A DNA stretch of 64,000 nucleotides from Rhodothermales bacterium (GCA_965214485.1 CBDCBW010000010.1:130594-194593), one strand, 5' to 3'. Shown: positions 43,477-53,250, numbered from the stretch's first letter. Program-made: numbers and translations. The notes: generated by a model not told the origin, from the letters alone.

Positions 43477-44609
43477 GAATCCTCGCGCTCATCACCGACG
43501 GCTTCGGCACCTCGGGCGGCATCGGCAAGTTCAACCGGGACTTGATGGAAGCGCTGTGCACGCACCCCGACGTGCGCGAGGTCGTGGCGCTGCCCCGGCT
43601 GATGGCCGACGGCACCGAGGCCCCGGCCAGCGGCCCGTTCGAGAAGCTGACCTACCTCACCGACGGCGTCAACGACAAGGCTCGCTACGTGCTCACGCTC
43701 GGGCGGCACCTCCTGCGCGATGCGGACTACGACCTCGTCCTCTGCGCCCACATCAACCTTTCGCCGCTCGGGTGGCTGTGCCGCCTGCGGACCGGGGCGA
43801 CGCTCGTCCAGGTCGTCCACGGCTCCGAGGCGTGGCACCCGACGGGCCGCGCGATCATCGACCGAGCCGTCCGCAGCATGGACGGTTTCATCACCGTGAG
43901 CGGGGTCACGAAGGGGCGCTTCTCACGCTGGACCGGCCTCGCCCCGGAGACGGGCTTCGTCCTCCCCAACTCCATCGACGCCGAGCGCTTCACGCCGGGG
44001 CCGAAGAGCCCCGCGCTGCTCAGCCGCTACGGGCTGCACGGCAAAACCGTCCTCCTGACGCTGGGTCGCCTCGACGCGGGGGAGCGGGCGAAGGGCTTCG
44101 ACGAGGTGATGGAGGTCCTCGGCGCGCTGGCCGAGGACACGCCCGACCTCGCGTACCTCATCGTCGGCGACGGCTCGGACCGGGCGCGGCTCGAAGCAAA
44201 AGCAGAGCGCCTCGGGCTGGGTGAGCGTGTGGTCTTCGCGGGGTTCATCCCGGAGGACGAAAAAGTCGACCACTACCGGCTGGCCGACGCCTACGTGATG
44301 CCGAGCAAGTGGGAAGGCTTCGGGATCGTGTACCTCGAGGCGATGGCGTGCGGCCTCCCGGTCGTCGGCAGCAGCATCGACGGGAGCCTGGAGGCCATCC
44401 CCGACGAGAGCTTCGGCCTCACCGTGGACCCGGCCAAGCCCGAGGAGCTCAAAGGCGCGGTGCGCGCGTCGCTCGCCCGAGGCCACGGCGTGCCGGAGCG
44501 CCTGAACCACTTCTCGTACGAGAACTTTTCACGCCGAGTGCACGGGATCATCGATGCCTTCGCCGGTACTACGTCGGAATCTGTAGACCGACCGAAGGAA
44601 GCCGCCTAA
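43473..44609 (+). CDS. Glycosyltransferase, GT4-like (GT-B fold)
   Basis: The ATG at 43473 overlaps the upstream stop (ATGA). MRILALITDGFGTSGGIGKFNRD is followed by the C-terminal E-x7-E region YVMPSKWEGFGIVYLEAMACGLPVV. Confidence 0.8.
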   Translation: MRILALITDGFGTSGGIGKFNRDLMEALCTHPDVREVVALPRLMADGTEAPASGPFEKLTYLTDGVNDKARYVLTLGRHLLRDADYDLVLCAHINLSPLGWLCRLRTGATLVQVVHGSEAWHPTGRAIIDRAVRSMDGFITVSGVTKGRFSRWTGLAPETGFVLPNSIDAERFTPGPKSPALLSRYGLHGKTVLLTLGRLDAGERAKGFDEVMEVLGALAEDTPDLAYLIVGDGSDRARLEAKAERLGLGERVVFAGFIPEDEKVDHYRLADAYVMPSKWEGFGIVYLEAMACGLPVVGSSIDGSLEAIPDESFGLTVDPAKPEELKGAVRASLARGHGVPERLNHFSYENFSRRVHGIIDAFAGTTSESVDRPKEAA

Positions 44610-44666
44610 GCGCGTGCACGGGAGACACGCGCCTACCCCCTTTTGAATTCCGCAAGCCGAAACCAG

Positions 44667-45599
44667 ATGAACGAGTCCGACATCACCGTGATCGAGAGAG
44701 AGCCCGAGCCGCTGACGGCAGCGGCCCTGCCCAGCGCGAACGGGCACCCCGCCGAGCCCGAGGAGTTCGTGCGCATCGAGCCGCCGAGCGGGTGGCAGTT
44801 CGTCAACTGGCGCGAGGTCCTCCAGTACCGCGACCTGCTCTGGACGCAGGTGCACCGGGGCGTGACGGTCGCCTACAAGCAGACCGTGCTCGGGTTCGGC
44901 TGGGCCATCATCCGCCCGATATCGAGCATGATCATCTTCACCGTCATCTTCGGCAACCTCGCCAAGGTGCCGTCGGACGGTATGCCGTACGCGCTGTTTT
45001 CGTACGCCGGCCTCCTGCCGTGGCAGTACTTCGGCGGCTCGCTCGGCGGGACGACGAGCAGCCTCGTCGGCAACAAGGGCCTCTTCACGAAGGTCTACTT
45101 TCCGCGCCTGTTGCTCCCGCTCATCCCGCTGGGCACCGGGCTGGTCAGCTTCGGCATTTCCTTCTGCATCTTCATCGCGCTGATGGTCTGGTACGGCGTC
45201 GCCCCGACGGCCTGGGCGGTGTTCGTGCCGGTGCTCCTGCTGATCCTGATGATGACGGCGCTCGGGGCGGGGCTGTGGCTGTCGTCGCTCGCGCTGCAGT
45301 ACCGCGACGTCGGCAAGATGGTCGGCTTCTCGTCGCAGCTGCTGATGTACGCGGCCCCGGTGGTGTGGCCGGTCTCGCTGATCGCGGAGAAGTTTCCCAA
45401 CAGCTACGAGACCGTCCGGCTGCTCTACGGCCTCTACCCGATGGCGGGCGTCATCGAGGGCTTCCGGGCCTCGCTCCTCGGGACCGTCCCGATGCCGTGG
45501 GACCTAATCGGGATGGGGGCGCTCACGGCCGTGACGCTCACCGTGACCGGCGCGTTCTACTTCCGGCGCACCGAGCACCTTTTCGCCGACGTGGCTTGA
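44667..45599 (+). CDS. wzm: ABC-2-type polysaccharide transporter permease (Wzm/KpsM/TagG-like)
   Basis: Six-helix ABC-2 permease pattern (YKQTVLGFGWAIIRP..., LFTKVYFPRLLLPL). ATG at 44667, with an alternative TTG at 44643. Confidence 0.8.
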   Translation: MNESDITVIEREPEPLTAAALPSANGHPAEPEEFVRIEPPSGWQFVNWREVLQYRDLLWTQVHRGVTVAYKQTVLGFGWAIIRPISSMIIFTVIFGNLAKVPSDGMPYALFSYAGLLPWQYFGGSLGGTTSSLVGNKGLFTKVYFPRLLLPLIPLGTGLVSFGISFCIFIALMVWYGVAPTAWAVFVPVLLLILMMTALGAGLWLSSLALQYRDVGKMVGFSSQLLMYAAPVVWPVSLIAEKFPNSYETVRLLYGLYPMAGVIEGFRASLLGTVPMPWDLIGMGALTAVTLTVTGAFYFRRTEHLFADVA

Positions 45600-45629
45600 G
45601 GCCGCCTCGGCTCGCTGCTGCGGGGAGCT

Positions 45630-46544
45630 ATGGAGCGCATCATCGTCGGCGGGATGCCCCGGACGGGCACGAGTTGGACGGGCCGGGTGCTCGGCTTCGC
45701 TCCCGGCTACACCTACTACCGCGAGCCGGACAACTTTGACAACGTCGAGGGCATCGAGCGCTACGTGCCGTACCTCTACCTGCCGAGCGGCGGGGACCAC
45801 GCGCCGTACCGACGCCACATGGACCGGGCGCTCAGCGGCAAGATCGCCACGCCGTTCACCATGCGCGATGCCGGCGGCCCCCTCCTCAGCCGTCTGCCGC
45901 CGCGGTGGCGGGGCCTCGGCCGCCGCCTCCCGGCGCTCTACCTTCGCCGGCCGAACACGATCGTCAAGCTCGTCCACTCCAGCTTCGCGCTCGACTGGCT
46001 CCAGGCCCGGTACCCGGCGGCCCGCGTCGTCTACCTGCTCCGCCACCCGTGCGGGCAGTTCGCCAGCGTGCGGCGCCTCGGCTGGCAGCCGAAGCCGCAC
46101 CGCCTGCTGTGGAGCGACGCCCTCGTGGGGGACTACCTCCGGCCATTTGAGGACCTGCTCCGGTCCGCCGAAACTTTCTGGGAGCGAGCCGGTGCGCTGT
46201 GGGGGGCCACGAACTACGTCGTGCACCGGCAGTACGCGCGCGGCACCCCGCGGGCGCTGCTCCCCTTCGAGTGGCTCTGCCAGGACCCCGCCGCCCGGTT
46301 CCGCCTGCTCTTCGAGCGCCTCGGCCTCCGGTGGACCGCCGACGCCGAAGCGTTCGTCGCCGACCGGCCCGCCGAGACCTCCGACCGTCCCTTTTCCCTG
46401 AACCGAAAGTCCGAAGAGCAAATCGACAAGTGGCGGACGGAGGTCTCGGCGGAAGACGCCGAGACGTGCCGCCGCTTCGCCGAGCCCTTCGGGCTGCCGT
46501 TCTACGCAGACTTCGACCCGTGGGCGGCTGAGGCCCTCTGGTAG
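45630..46544 (+). CDS. Sulfotransferase (PAPS-dependent, cytosolic type), paralog of 48891-49853
   Basis: 304 aa with the 5'-PSB loop GGMPRTGTSW and the 3'-PB-like YLLRHPCGQFAS. Its C-terminal half aligns with the 48891 gene (DKWRTE...FA.PFGLP). It lies between wzm and wzt. Confidence 0.7.
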   Translation: MERIIVGGMPRTGTSWTGRVLGFAPGYTYYREPDNFDNVEGIERYVPYLYLPSGGDHAPYRRHMDRALSGKIATPFTMRDAGGPLLSRLPPRWRGLGRRLPALYLRRPNTIVKLVHSSFALDWLQARYPAARVVYLLRHPCGQFASVRRLGWQPKPHRLLWSDALVGDYLRPFEDLLRSAETFWERAGALWGATNYVVHRQYARGTPRALLPFEWLCQDPAARFRLLFERLGLRWTADAEAFVADRPAETSDRPFSLNRKSEEQIDKWRTEVSAEDAETCRRFAEPFGLPFYADFDPWAAEALW

Positions 46545-46577
46545 GCCCCCTCCCCTCTCGCGCACTCCCTCCCTGTT

Positions 46578-47900
46578 ATGCCCCGTCCCGCAATACGAGT
46601 CGAGAACCTCGGCAAACGCTACCGCATCGGCGTCGAAGAAGAGCAGCACGAGACGCTCCTCGGCGCGATGGGGTCGTGGGTCACGGCCCCGCTCTCCAAC
46701 TACCGCCGGCTCCGAGAGCTCAGCCACTTCGGCGACCCCGACGAGGAGCGCGCCGACGTGATCTGGGCGCTGCGCGACGTGTCGTTCGATATCCAACCCG
46801 GCGAGGTCGTCGGGTTCATCGGACGCAACGGGGCCGGCAAGTCGACCCTGCTCAAGCTCCTCTCGCGCATCGCCTACCCCACGCTGGGCTCGATCGAGCT
46901 GGTGGGCCGCGTCTCGGCCCTGCTCGAGGTCGGGACCGGGTTCAACGGCGAGCTGACGGGGCGCGAGAACGTCTTTCTCAACGGGACCATCCTCGGGATG
47001 CCGAAGAGCGAGATCACCCGGAAGTTCGACGAGATCATCGAGTTCTCCGGCGTCGGGCAGTTCATCGACACCCCGGTCAAGCGCTACTCGTCAGGGATGA
47101 AGGTCCGCCTCGGGTTCGCGGTCGCGGCCCACCTCGAGCCGGACATCCTGGTCGTCGACGAGGTGCTCGCCGTGGGCGACGTCGCCTTCAAGAAGAAGTG
47201 CCTCGGCAAGATGGACGAGGTCTCGCAGTCCGGCCGGACGGTGCTCTACGTCAGCCACGAGATGAGCACCGTGACCAACCTGTGCCAGCGCGCCTACGTC
47301 CTCGACGCGGGCCGGATCGTCTACGAAGGGCCCGTGGACGAGGCCGTCGAGTGGTACCTCGACGACATGGAGGTGATCGACCGGAACAACCTCCGCCTCG
47401 ACGAGATCGACGCCGAGGACCGGGGCGGCGACGGCCGGCTGCGCTTCACAGCGGCCTACCTCGTCAACGAGAAGGGGCGGCAGACGCGCGCGCCGATGTC
47501 GGGCGAGCCGGTGGACCTGGTGCTCGAGTACGAGGCCGAGGAGGACCTGCCCCGCGTGACGGTCTGGTTCAACATCGAGAACCACCTCGGCGTCCCGGTG
47601 TCGATCTGCCACATGCGCTCCCACGAGGAGACCTACCACATCCGCAAGGGCCGGGGGCGCATTCGGTGCCGCCTCTCGAAGCTCCCGCTCCCGGTCGGTA
47701 CGTACCAGATCAAGCCGCACGCGAAGGACTACCTGATGCGCCAGAAGCTCGACGACGTGGACGCGGCGCTCGAGTTCGAGGTCGGGGCCAGCACGTTTTT
47801 CAAGTCGGGCTACATCCCCGACATCCGCTACTCGACCGTACTGCTCGACCACGAGTGGGCCCACGAGGAGACCGTCGACGAGCCGGTCGCTCAGCCCTAG
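46578..47900 (+). CDS. wzt: ABC polysaccharide transporter ATPase with C-terminal glycan-binding-type domain (Wzt/TagH-like)
   Basis: 440 aa. The NBD has Walker A GRNGAGKST, signature YSSGMKVRL and Walker B ILVVDE. An about 190-aa C-terminal extension has Wzt_C-like beta-sandwich character (RLRFTAAYLVNEKG...VDLVLEYEA...). Confidence 0.8.
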   Translation: MPRPAIRVENLGKRYRIGVEEEQHETLLGAMGSWVTAPLSNYRRLRELSHFGDPDEERADVIWALRDVSFDIQPGEVVGFIGRNGAGKSTLLKLLSRIAYPTLGSIELVGRVSALLEVGTGFNGELTGRENVFLNGTILGMPKSEITRKFDEIIEFSGVGQFIDTPVKRYSSGMKVRLGFAVAAHLEPDILVVDEVLAVGDVAFKKKCLGKMDEVSQSGRTVLYVSHEMSTVTNLCQRAYVLDAGRIVYEGPVDEAVEWYLDDMEVIDRNNLRLDEIDAEDRGGDGRLRFTAAYLVNEKGRQTRAPMSGEPVDLVLEYEAEEDLPRVTVWFNIENHLGVPVSICHMRSHEETYHIRKGRGRIRCRLSKLPLPVGTYQIKPHAKDYLMRQKLDDVDAALEFEVGASTFFKSGYIPDIRYSTVLLDHEWAHEETVDEPVAQP

Positions 47901-47925
47901 CCCCCACCGGAAGCCCGACAGCATC

Positions 47926-48861
47926 ATGGACCTCTCCCTGAGCACGGCGGACCTGTGGGCCGAGGCCGAGGCCTGCACCGGGCGCGCCACCGTCTTCATC
48001 GTCGGCAGCCCGCGCAGCGGGACGACGTGGCTCCAGCGGCTGCTGGCGAGCCACTCGCGCGTCAAGACCGGGCAGGAGTCGCACCTCTTCAGCCAGTACC
48101 TCGCGCCGCAGCTCCGGCAGTGGCGCAGGTCGCTCGCCCGCACGGCCGACCCCGAGTTCCAGGGCCGGAGCGGCCTCGGCCTCGGCGGCTACCTGAGCGA
48201 AGACGAGTTTCTGAGGGTCCTCCGGGTCTACGTCGTGGCGATGCAGCGAGCGGCGGGGGTGGAGCGCGGGGACCTGTTTCTGGAGAAGAGCCCGTCGCAC
48301 GCCCGCGTGATGCCGGAGATCAGGGCGGTCCTGCCCGAGAGCCGGTTCGTGCATCTCGTCCGCGACCCGCGCGACGTCGTGGCCTCGCTCGTGGCGGCGT
48401 CCCAGGGCTGGGGCAGCAAGTGGGCACCCAGCGACGTGACCGAGGCCGCCCGCGTGTGGGTCAGCCACGTCGAAGCCGTGCGCGAAGCCGCCGCCGACCT
48501 GCCCCCGGGCGCGTTCACGCAGGTGCGCTACGAAGACCTCGCCGCCGACACGCCGGGGGCCCTGCAGACGCTCTGCGGTTTCCTCGGGCTGGAGTGGGAC
48601 GCGGAGCAGATCGCCCGCGCCGTAGACGCCAACCGGCGGGACAAGGCGAGGCAGGGCGGCGGCACGCCGATCCCGCTCTACGGCCACCACCGAAAGCACG
48701 AGGGCGACGTGGCGGTCGAGCCCGAGGGGTTCGTCCGCAGAGCCGGGGAGAGCGGCGGCAAAGACGCCCTGTCGCTCAAGGAGAAAAAGCAGGTCTGGAC
48801 CGAGGTGCACCCCACGATGAAGGCCCTCGGCTATTCCTGGAAACTCACCGACTGGCTCTGA
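47926..48861 (+). CDS. Sulfotransferase (PAPS-dependent)
   Basis: 311 aa with the 5'-PSB loop VGSPRSGTTWLQRLL and the 3'-PB HLVRDPRDVVASL. Confidence 0.75.
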   Translation: MDLSLSTADLWAEAEACTGRATVFIVGSPRSGTTWLQRLLASHSRVKTGQESHLFSQYLAPQLRQWRRSLARTADPEFQGRSGLGLGGYLSEDEFLRVLRVYVVAMQRAAGVERGDLFLEKSPSHARVMPEIRAVLPESRFVHLVRDPRDVVASLVAASQGWGSKWAPSDVTEAARVWVSHVEAVREAAADLPPGAFTQVRYEDLAADTPGALQTLCGFLGLEWDAEQIARAVDANRRDKARQGGGTPIPLYGHHRKHEGDVAVEPEGFVRRAGESGGKDALSLKEKKQVWTEVHPTMKALGYSWKLTDWL

Positions 48862-48890
48862 ACACGCTGCCTGCAGGCCCGCCGATCCCC

Positions 48891-49853
48891 ATGCCCACTC
48901 TCTCGCCCCTCGCCGGAGCCGGCCGCGTCGCGGCCCTCGTTCGCAGCGCCCGTGCGCTGCCGAGCGATCTCCGCGCGGCCCGCCGCCCGCCGGTCTTCGT
49001 GATCGGGCTGCCGCGCTCGGGGACGACGTGGGTGGCCTCGACGCTGGCCCGGGCCGAAGGCGTCCGCTACCTCCACGAGCCGTTCAACGCGACGCACATC
49101 CCGGCGGCCCGACCGTTCTACATGCGCTACCTCCGCGCCGCCGACCCGGCCCCGGCCTTCGAGCGCTACAGCCGCGCCGCCTTCGCCGGGCGCGCCGACT
49201 ACAACGGGCACCACGGCGCGAAGGCCGACCACGCGCTTCAGCGGCGCTGGTGGTGGCCGAGCCGCGCGCTCGTCAAAGACGTCCACGCCTGCCTCGCGCT
49301 GGACTGGATCAGCCACCACATCGGGCCGCAGATCGTGATCGTGCTCCGGCACCCGTGCGCCACCGCGGCCTCGTGGGCGCGGCTGCGCGAGCGCGCGCCG
49401 ACCGACTGGAACTGGCGGAGCATGGACCCGCACCTCGGCACGCTCCTCTCGCAGCCGGCCCTCCTGGACGACCACCTCGCTCCGTTCCAGGAGGTGCTGG
49501 AGTCCGCAGAGACCTATTTCGAGAAGCTCGGCGCGTTCTGGGGCGCGTCCAACTACGTCATGCTCCGGCAGCAGGAGCAGCACCCGGAGTGGCTCGTCGT
49601 GCAGCACGAGGCGCTGTGCCTGGAGCCGGAGGAGGCGTTCCGCGAGCTCTTCGGCATCCTCGGGCTGGAGTGGTCCCGCGAGGCGCAGCAGCGGCTCGAG
49701 CACGACACCACCGCGACGAGCAACCGCCCCTACGTCCTCAAGCGCGTCTCGAAGGAGGAGCCCGACAAGTGGCGGACCGAGCTGAACCAGGCCGAGGCCG
49801 ACGAGGTCCTCCGCTTCGCCCGCCCCTTCGGCCTCCCCGTGTCGATCGACTGA
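48891..49853 (+). CDS. Sulfotransferase (PAPS-dependent), paralog of 45630-46544
   Basis: Start at the ATG at 48891, in frame with the 47955 track ORF. It has IGLPRSGTTWVASTL and VLRHPCATAASW. Confidence 0.7.
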   Translation: MPTLSPLAGAGRVAALVRSARALPSDLRAARRPPVFVIGLPRSGTTWVASTLARAEGVRYLHEPFNATHIPAARPFYMRYLRAADPAPAFERYSRAAFAGRADYNGHHGAKADHALQRRWWWPSRALVKDVHACLALDWISHHIGPQIVIVLRHPCATAASWARLRERAPTDWNWRSMDPHLGTLLSQPALLDDHLAPFQEVLESAETYFEKLGAFWGASNYVMLRQQEQHPEWLVVQHEALCLEPEEAFRELFGILGLEWSREAQQRLEHDTTATSNRPYVLKRVSKEEPDKWRTELNQAEADEVLRFARPFGLPVSID

Positions 49854-49866
49854 CGAGAGATCCCCT

Positions 49867-50937
49867 ATGCCCGTCCCCTCTTCGGACCAGCGCTCGCCCG
49901 CCGTCAGCGTCGTGATGTCGGTCTACAACGGCGCGCGGTACCTGCGCGAGGCGCTGGACAGCGTCCTCGCCCAGACCTTTACCGACTTCGAGGCGGTGTG
50001 CATCGACGACGGCTCGACGGACGAGACGCCGGCGATTCTCGCCGAGGCTGCGGAGCGCGACGGTCGGGTGCGGGTAATCTCGCAGGAGAACCAGGGGCTG
50101 ATCGCGGCGCTGAACCGGGGGTGCCGCGAGGCGCGCGCCCCGCTCATCGCCCGGATGGACGACGACGACGTGTGCCACCCCGAGCGCTTCGAGCGCCAGC
50201 TCGCGTTCCTCGACGCCCACCCCGAGGTCGGCGTCCTCGGCACGGTGGCGGCGTACATCGACGCCGGCGGGGAGCTCACCGGTGGGCGGTGGCCACGCTG
50301 GTCACCCGCGGGGGCCAACGGCTGGAAGACGCTTTTCCGCACCAACGTCTGCCACCCGACCGTCGTCATGCGACGCGCGGTGCTGGAGACCCTCAGCGAC
50401 GACGCCGGCCCCTACCGTGCCGGGGCGCTCCACGGCGAGGACTACGAGCTGTGGACGCGGGCGCTCTTCGCGACGCGCATCGCCAACCTGCCCGAGGCGC
50501 TCCTGACGCGGCGCAAGCACGACGGCACGATCGGCGCGCAGCACGCCGAGCGCCAGGAGCAGACCGTCGTCGAGGCGATGCAGCAGGCCCACGCGCGGCT
50601 GCTCGGGCGCGAAATCCGGCTCGGCACCGTGGCGCTCGTGCGGCACCTCGTCCTCCGCAACGCCGCGCCCGAGGCACCGCCGGAGCGCCTCGAAGCGGCA
50701 GCCGTCCTCATCCGCGACCTGTACGATGCCTACACGGCGCAGTTCACGCTCGACGCCGACGAGGCGGCGTGGGTCCGGCGCGACGCCGCCCGGAAGCTGC
50801 TCCGGCTCGCCCAACGGGTCCGCCCACGGTCCGCCGGCACCTACCTCACGGTCATGAACCTGCTGATGCGCGTCGAGCCGCGCGCGATGCTACGCGAGGT
50901 CGGCGCGCGGCTCCGGCGCAAGGTAGCCCGGACCTAA
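49867..50937 (+). CDS. Glycosyltransferase family 2
   Basis: VSVVMSVYNGARYLREALDSVLAQTF..FEAVCIDDGSTDET...MDDDD is the GT-A DxD pattern. Confidence 0.8.
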   Translation: MPVPSSDQRSPAVSVVMSVYNGARYLREALDSVLAQTFTDFEAVCIDDGSTDETPAILAEAAERDGRVRVISQENQGLIAALNRGCREARAPLIARMDDDDVCHPERFERQLAFLDAHPEVGVLGTVAAYIDAGGELTGGRWPRWSPAGANGWKTLFRTNVCHPTVVMRRAVLETLSDDAGPYRAGALHGEDYELWTRALFATRIANLPEALLTRRKHDGTIGAQHAERQEQTVVEAMQQAHARLLGREIRLGTVALVRHLVLRNAAPEAPPERLEAAAVLIRDLYDAYTAQFTLDADEAAWVRRDAARKLLRLAQRVRPRSAGTYLTVMNLLMRVEPRAMLREVGARLRRKVART

Positions 50938-50975
50938 GCCCGGCACGCCCCCTCCCTCTTCCATCCGGTCTCCCC

Positions 50976-52055
50976 ATGTCCCTCCGCGTGTTCAGCGTCC
51001 CGCCCAAGAGTAAGAACCCCTACATCCAACTGTTCTACCAAGCCCTCGAGCCCTACGGCGTCGAGCACGCCGACGAGTTCCACCTGTCGCCGAAGTGGGT
51101 GGAGGAGGAGCTCGGTCCGGGGGATGTGCTCCACTTCCACTGGCCGGAGATGCTCTGGGCCGGGGAGCGCTCCACGGTGAAGGTGCTCGCCAAGCTCTGG
51201 CGGATGCTGCGGGCCGCCGGGCGGCGAGGCGTCAAGCGCATCTGGACCGTCCACAACTTCGACCTCTTCGAGGAGGACACGTGGCTCGACCGGCTCGGCC
51301 TCCACCTCCTCGCCCGCCACAGCGACCTCCTCATCGTCCACCGCCCGACGATGGTCGAGTGGGTCCAGGACCGCTTCAAGCCGAGCGCGCCCGTCATCGT
51401 GATGCCACACGGGAACTACGAGGGGTACTACCCGCCGCCGCGGCCCCGCGCCGAGATCATGCGCGACCTCGGCATCGACGAGGGCCAGACGCTGCTCTGC
51501 TGCCTCGGGCGGATCCGCGACTACAAGGCGCTCGAGGTGGCCTGCGAAGCCTTCTCCCAACTCGGTGACGGGGTGTCCCTCATCATCGCCGGGAAGGTGC
51601 ATCAAGGCTATGACATCACGGTCATCGAGGACTACGCGGCGAAGCTGCCGGGGCTGACCCTCATGCCGACCCACATCTCGGACCAGGAGCTCGTCGACAT
51701 CCTCGCCGCGAGCGAGGCGACGCTCCTGCCCTACCGCCAGATCACCGGCAGCGGGACCCTCATTCTGGCCTGGAGCCACGGCTGCGGCGTCGTCGCCTCG
51801 GACCTCGAGTTCTTCCGCGAGATCATCCCCGCCGACTCCGCCGCCGGGCTGCACTTCCCCGTGGACGACGCCGGGGCGCTCGCCCGAGCCATCGGCGCGT
51901 ACCTTGACGTGCCCCGCGCCGAGCGGAAGGAGGCTGCCCTCGCCGAGGCCGCAAAATACGACTGGGACAAGTGCGTCGCCCCGCTCGGTGCCATCCTCCA
52001 GAGCTGGCAGGAGACCCATCCATCCTCTGACCTCGCCACCCAGCCCGCCTCCTGA
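50976..52055 (+). CDS. Glycosyltransferase, GT-B fold (GT1/GT4-like)
   Basis: Start at the ATG at 50976 (MSLRVFSVPPKSKNPYIQLF). The C-terminal half has LLCCLGRIRDYKALE...LLPYRQITGSGTLILAWSHGCGVV. Confidence 0.6.
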   Translation: MSLRVFSVPPKSKNPYIQLFYQALEPYGVEHADEFHLSPKWVEEELGPGDVLHFHWPEMLWAGERSTVKVLAKLWRMLRAAGRRGVKRIWTVHNFDLFEEDTWLDRLGLHLLARHSDLLIVHRPTMVEWVQDRFKPSAPVIVMPHGNYEGYYPPPRPRAEIMRDLGIDEGQTLLCCLGRIRDYKALEVACEAFSQLGDGVSLIIAGKVHQGYDITVIEDYAAKLPGLTLMPTHISDQELVDILAASEATLLPYRQITGSGTLILAWSHGCGVVASDLEFFREIIPADSAAGLHFPVDDAGALARAIGAYLDVPRAERKEAALAEAAKYDWDKCVAPLGAILQSWQETHPSSDLATQPAS

Positions 52056-52876
52056 TGCCGACCGCTACGTCCCTCCTTCGGCGCGCCTACCGCAAAGTCC
52101 GCCCCCACGGTGCGTCGCGGGCGGTGGAGCTGGAGAGGCTCTTCTTCCTCCACATCCCCAAGTGCGGGGGCACCTCGATCGACGCCGCCCTGCTCGATGC
52201 CTACCGCGCCGCCGGGGCTCTCTCCACCCACCTCGATCCCCGCGCCTCGGCGCGCGCAGCCGAGGCAGCCGGAGAGAACATCCACGACTTCCGGCACCAC
52301 CTGCTGCTCTACTACATGGCTAGCCGAGCCCGTCACCTCTCGGGACACTTCCGGTTCAGCGAGACCGCGCGCGGGGCGTTTGAGGAGTGGCGCTACGTGA
52401 CGGTCCTGCGCGACCCCGTCAAGCGCTGGCTCTCGAACTTCTTCTTCAACAAGTACAAGGACGACGGGCACTTTCAAATCGACGAGCCCATCGAGCGCTT
52501 CATCGAGTCGGAACGGGCCGAGTTCTACGGGTGGAACTACGTCTCGTGCCTCACCGACCGGGCCCTTTCGGCCTCCCCCGGCACCGAGGAGGCCATCGAG
52601 CGGGCTGTTGCCAACGTCGAGGCATTCGCCGTGGTCGGGGTGCTGGAGCGGCTCGACGTGTTCACGGCCGACTGCGAGCGCTACTTCGGCGTGAGCCTCA
52701 ACGTCGAGCACCGGAACAGGAGCCCGCACCCGGCGGGGCAGCAGCGCGAAGAGCTGAGCGACGAGATGCACGAGCGCATCCGCGCGCTCTGCGAGCCCAA
52801 CCGCCGGGTCTACGACGCCGCCCGCGCCCGCATCGACCGCCATGGCTCCTGGCTCACCGCACCGCCCTCGCCCTGA
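52055..52876 (+). CDS. Sulfotransferase family 2-type enzyme, module copy 1
   Basis: 273 aa with FLHIPKCGGTSID (5'-PSB of the membrane-type carbohydrate sulfotransferase family) and LRDPVKRWLS (3'-PB). Confidence 0.7.
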   Translation: MPTATSLLRRAYRKVRPHGASRAVELERLFFLHIPKCGGTSIDAALLDAYRAAGALSTHLDPRASARAAEAAGENIHDFRHHLLLYYMASRARHLSGHFRFSETARGAFEEWRYVTVLRDPVKRWLSNFFFNKYKDDGHFQIDEPIERFIESERAEFYGWNYVSCLTDRALSASPGTEEAIERAVANVEAFAVVGVLERLDVFTADCERYFGVSLNVEHRNRSPHPAGQQREELSDEMHERIRALCEPNRRVYDAARARIDRHGSWLTAPPSP

Positions 52877-53250
52877 CTGTGACCCCTCCCGCGACCCCCA
52901 TCCCCCTGAGCGCCGTCATCCCGACCTACGGGCGCGCGGCGCTCCTGGCGCGCACGCTCGACTCGCTCGCCGCCTGCGCCCGCCCGCCGGGCTACGCCGG
53001 CACGCTCGTCGTCGAGAACGGACCGAAGGGCGCGGCCGAGGCCCTCGTCGCCGAGGCCGCGGGGCGGCACCCGGGGCTGGGCCTGCGGTATCTGCACGCC
53101 GAGCGCGCCAACAAGAGCGCCGCGCTCAACGCCGCGCTCGCCGACGAGTCGCTGCGGGGCTTGCTGGTCTTCTTCGACGACGACGTGCGCATGGCCCCGG
53201 GGCTGCTGGAGGCCTACGCCGCCGCTGCCGCGGCGCACCCCGAGGGCGGC
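52774..53250 (+). repeat. 477-bp block identical to 54582-55058
   Basis: By-eye comparison shows no mismatch at offset 1808 bp. The block spans the 3' end of the sulfotransferase, the junction, and the first about 124 codons of the downstream GT2. Confidence 0.9.

Noticed and set aside
42303-44609. Very long plus-strand track ORFs suggesting fusion proteins (42303-44609, 47955-49853, 49998-52055, 52387-53862, 54351-55610, 55715-58627, 58991-60862)
   Set aside because: Their 5' portions are out-of-frame read-through of the preceding gene (R/P/G-rich). Each contains an internal start, placed right after or overlapping the upstream stop, that yields a normal-length enzyme.
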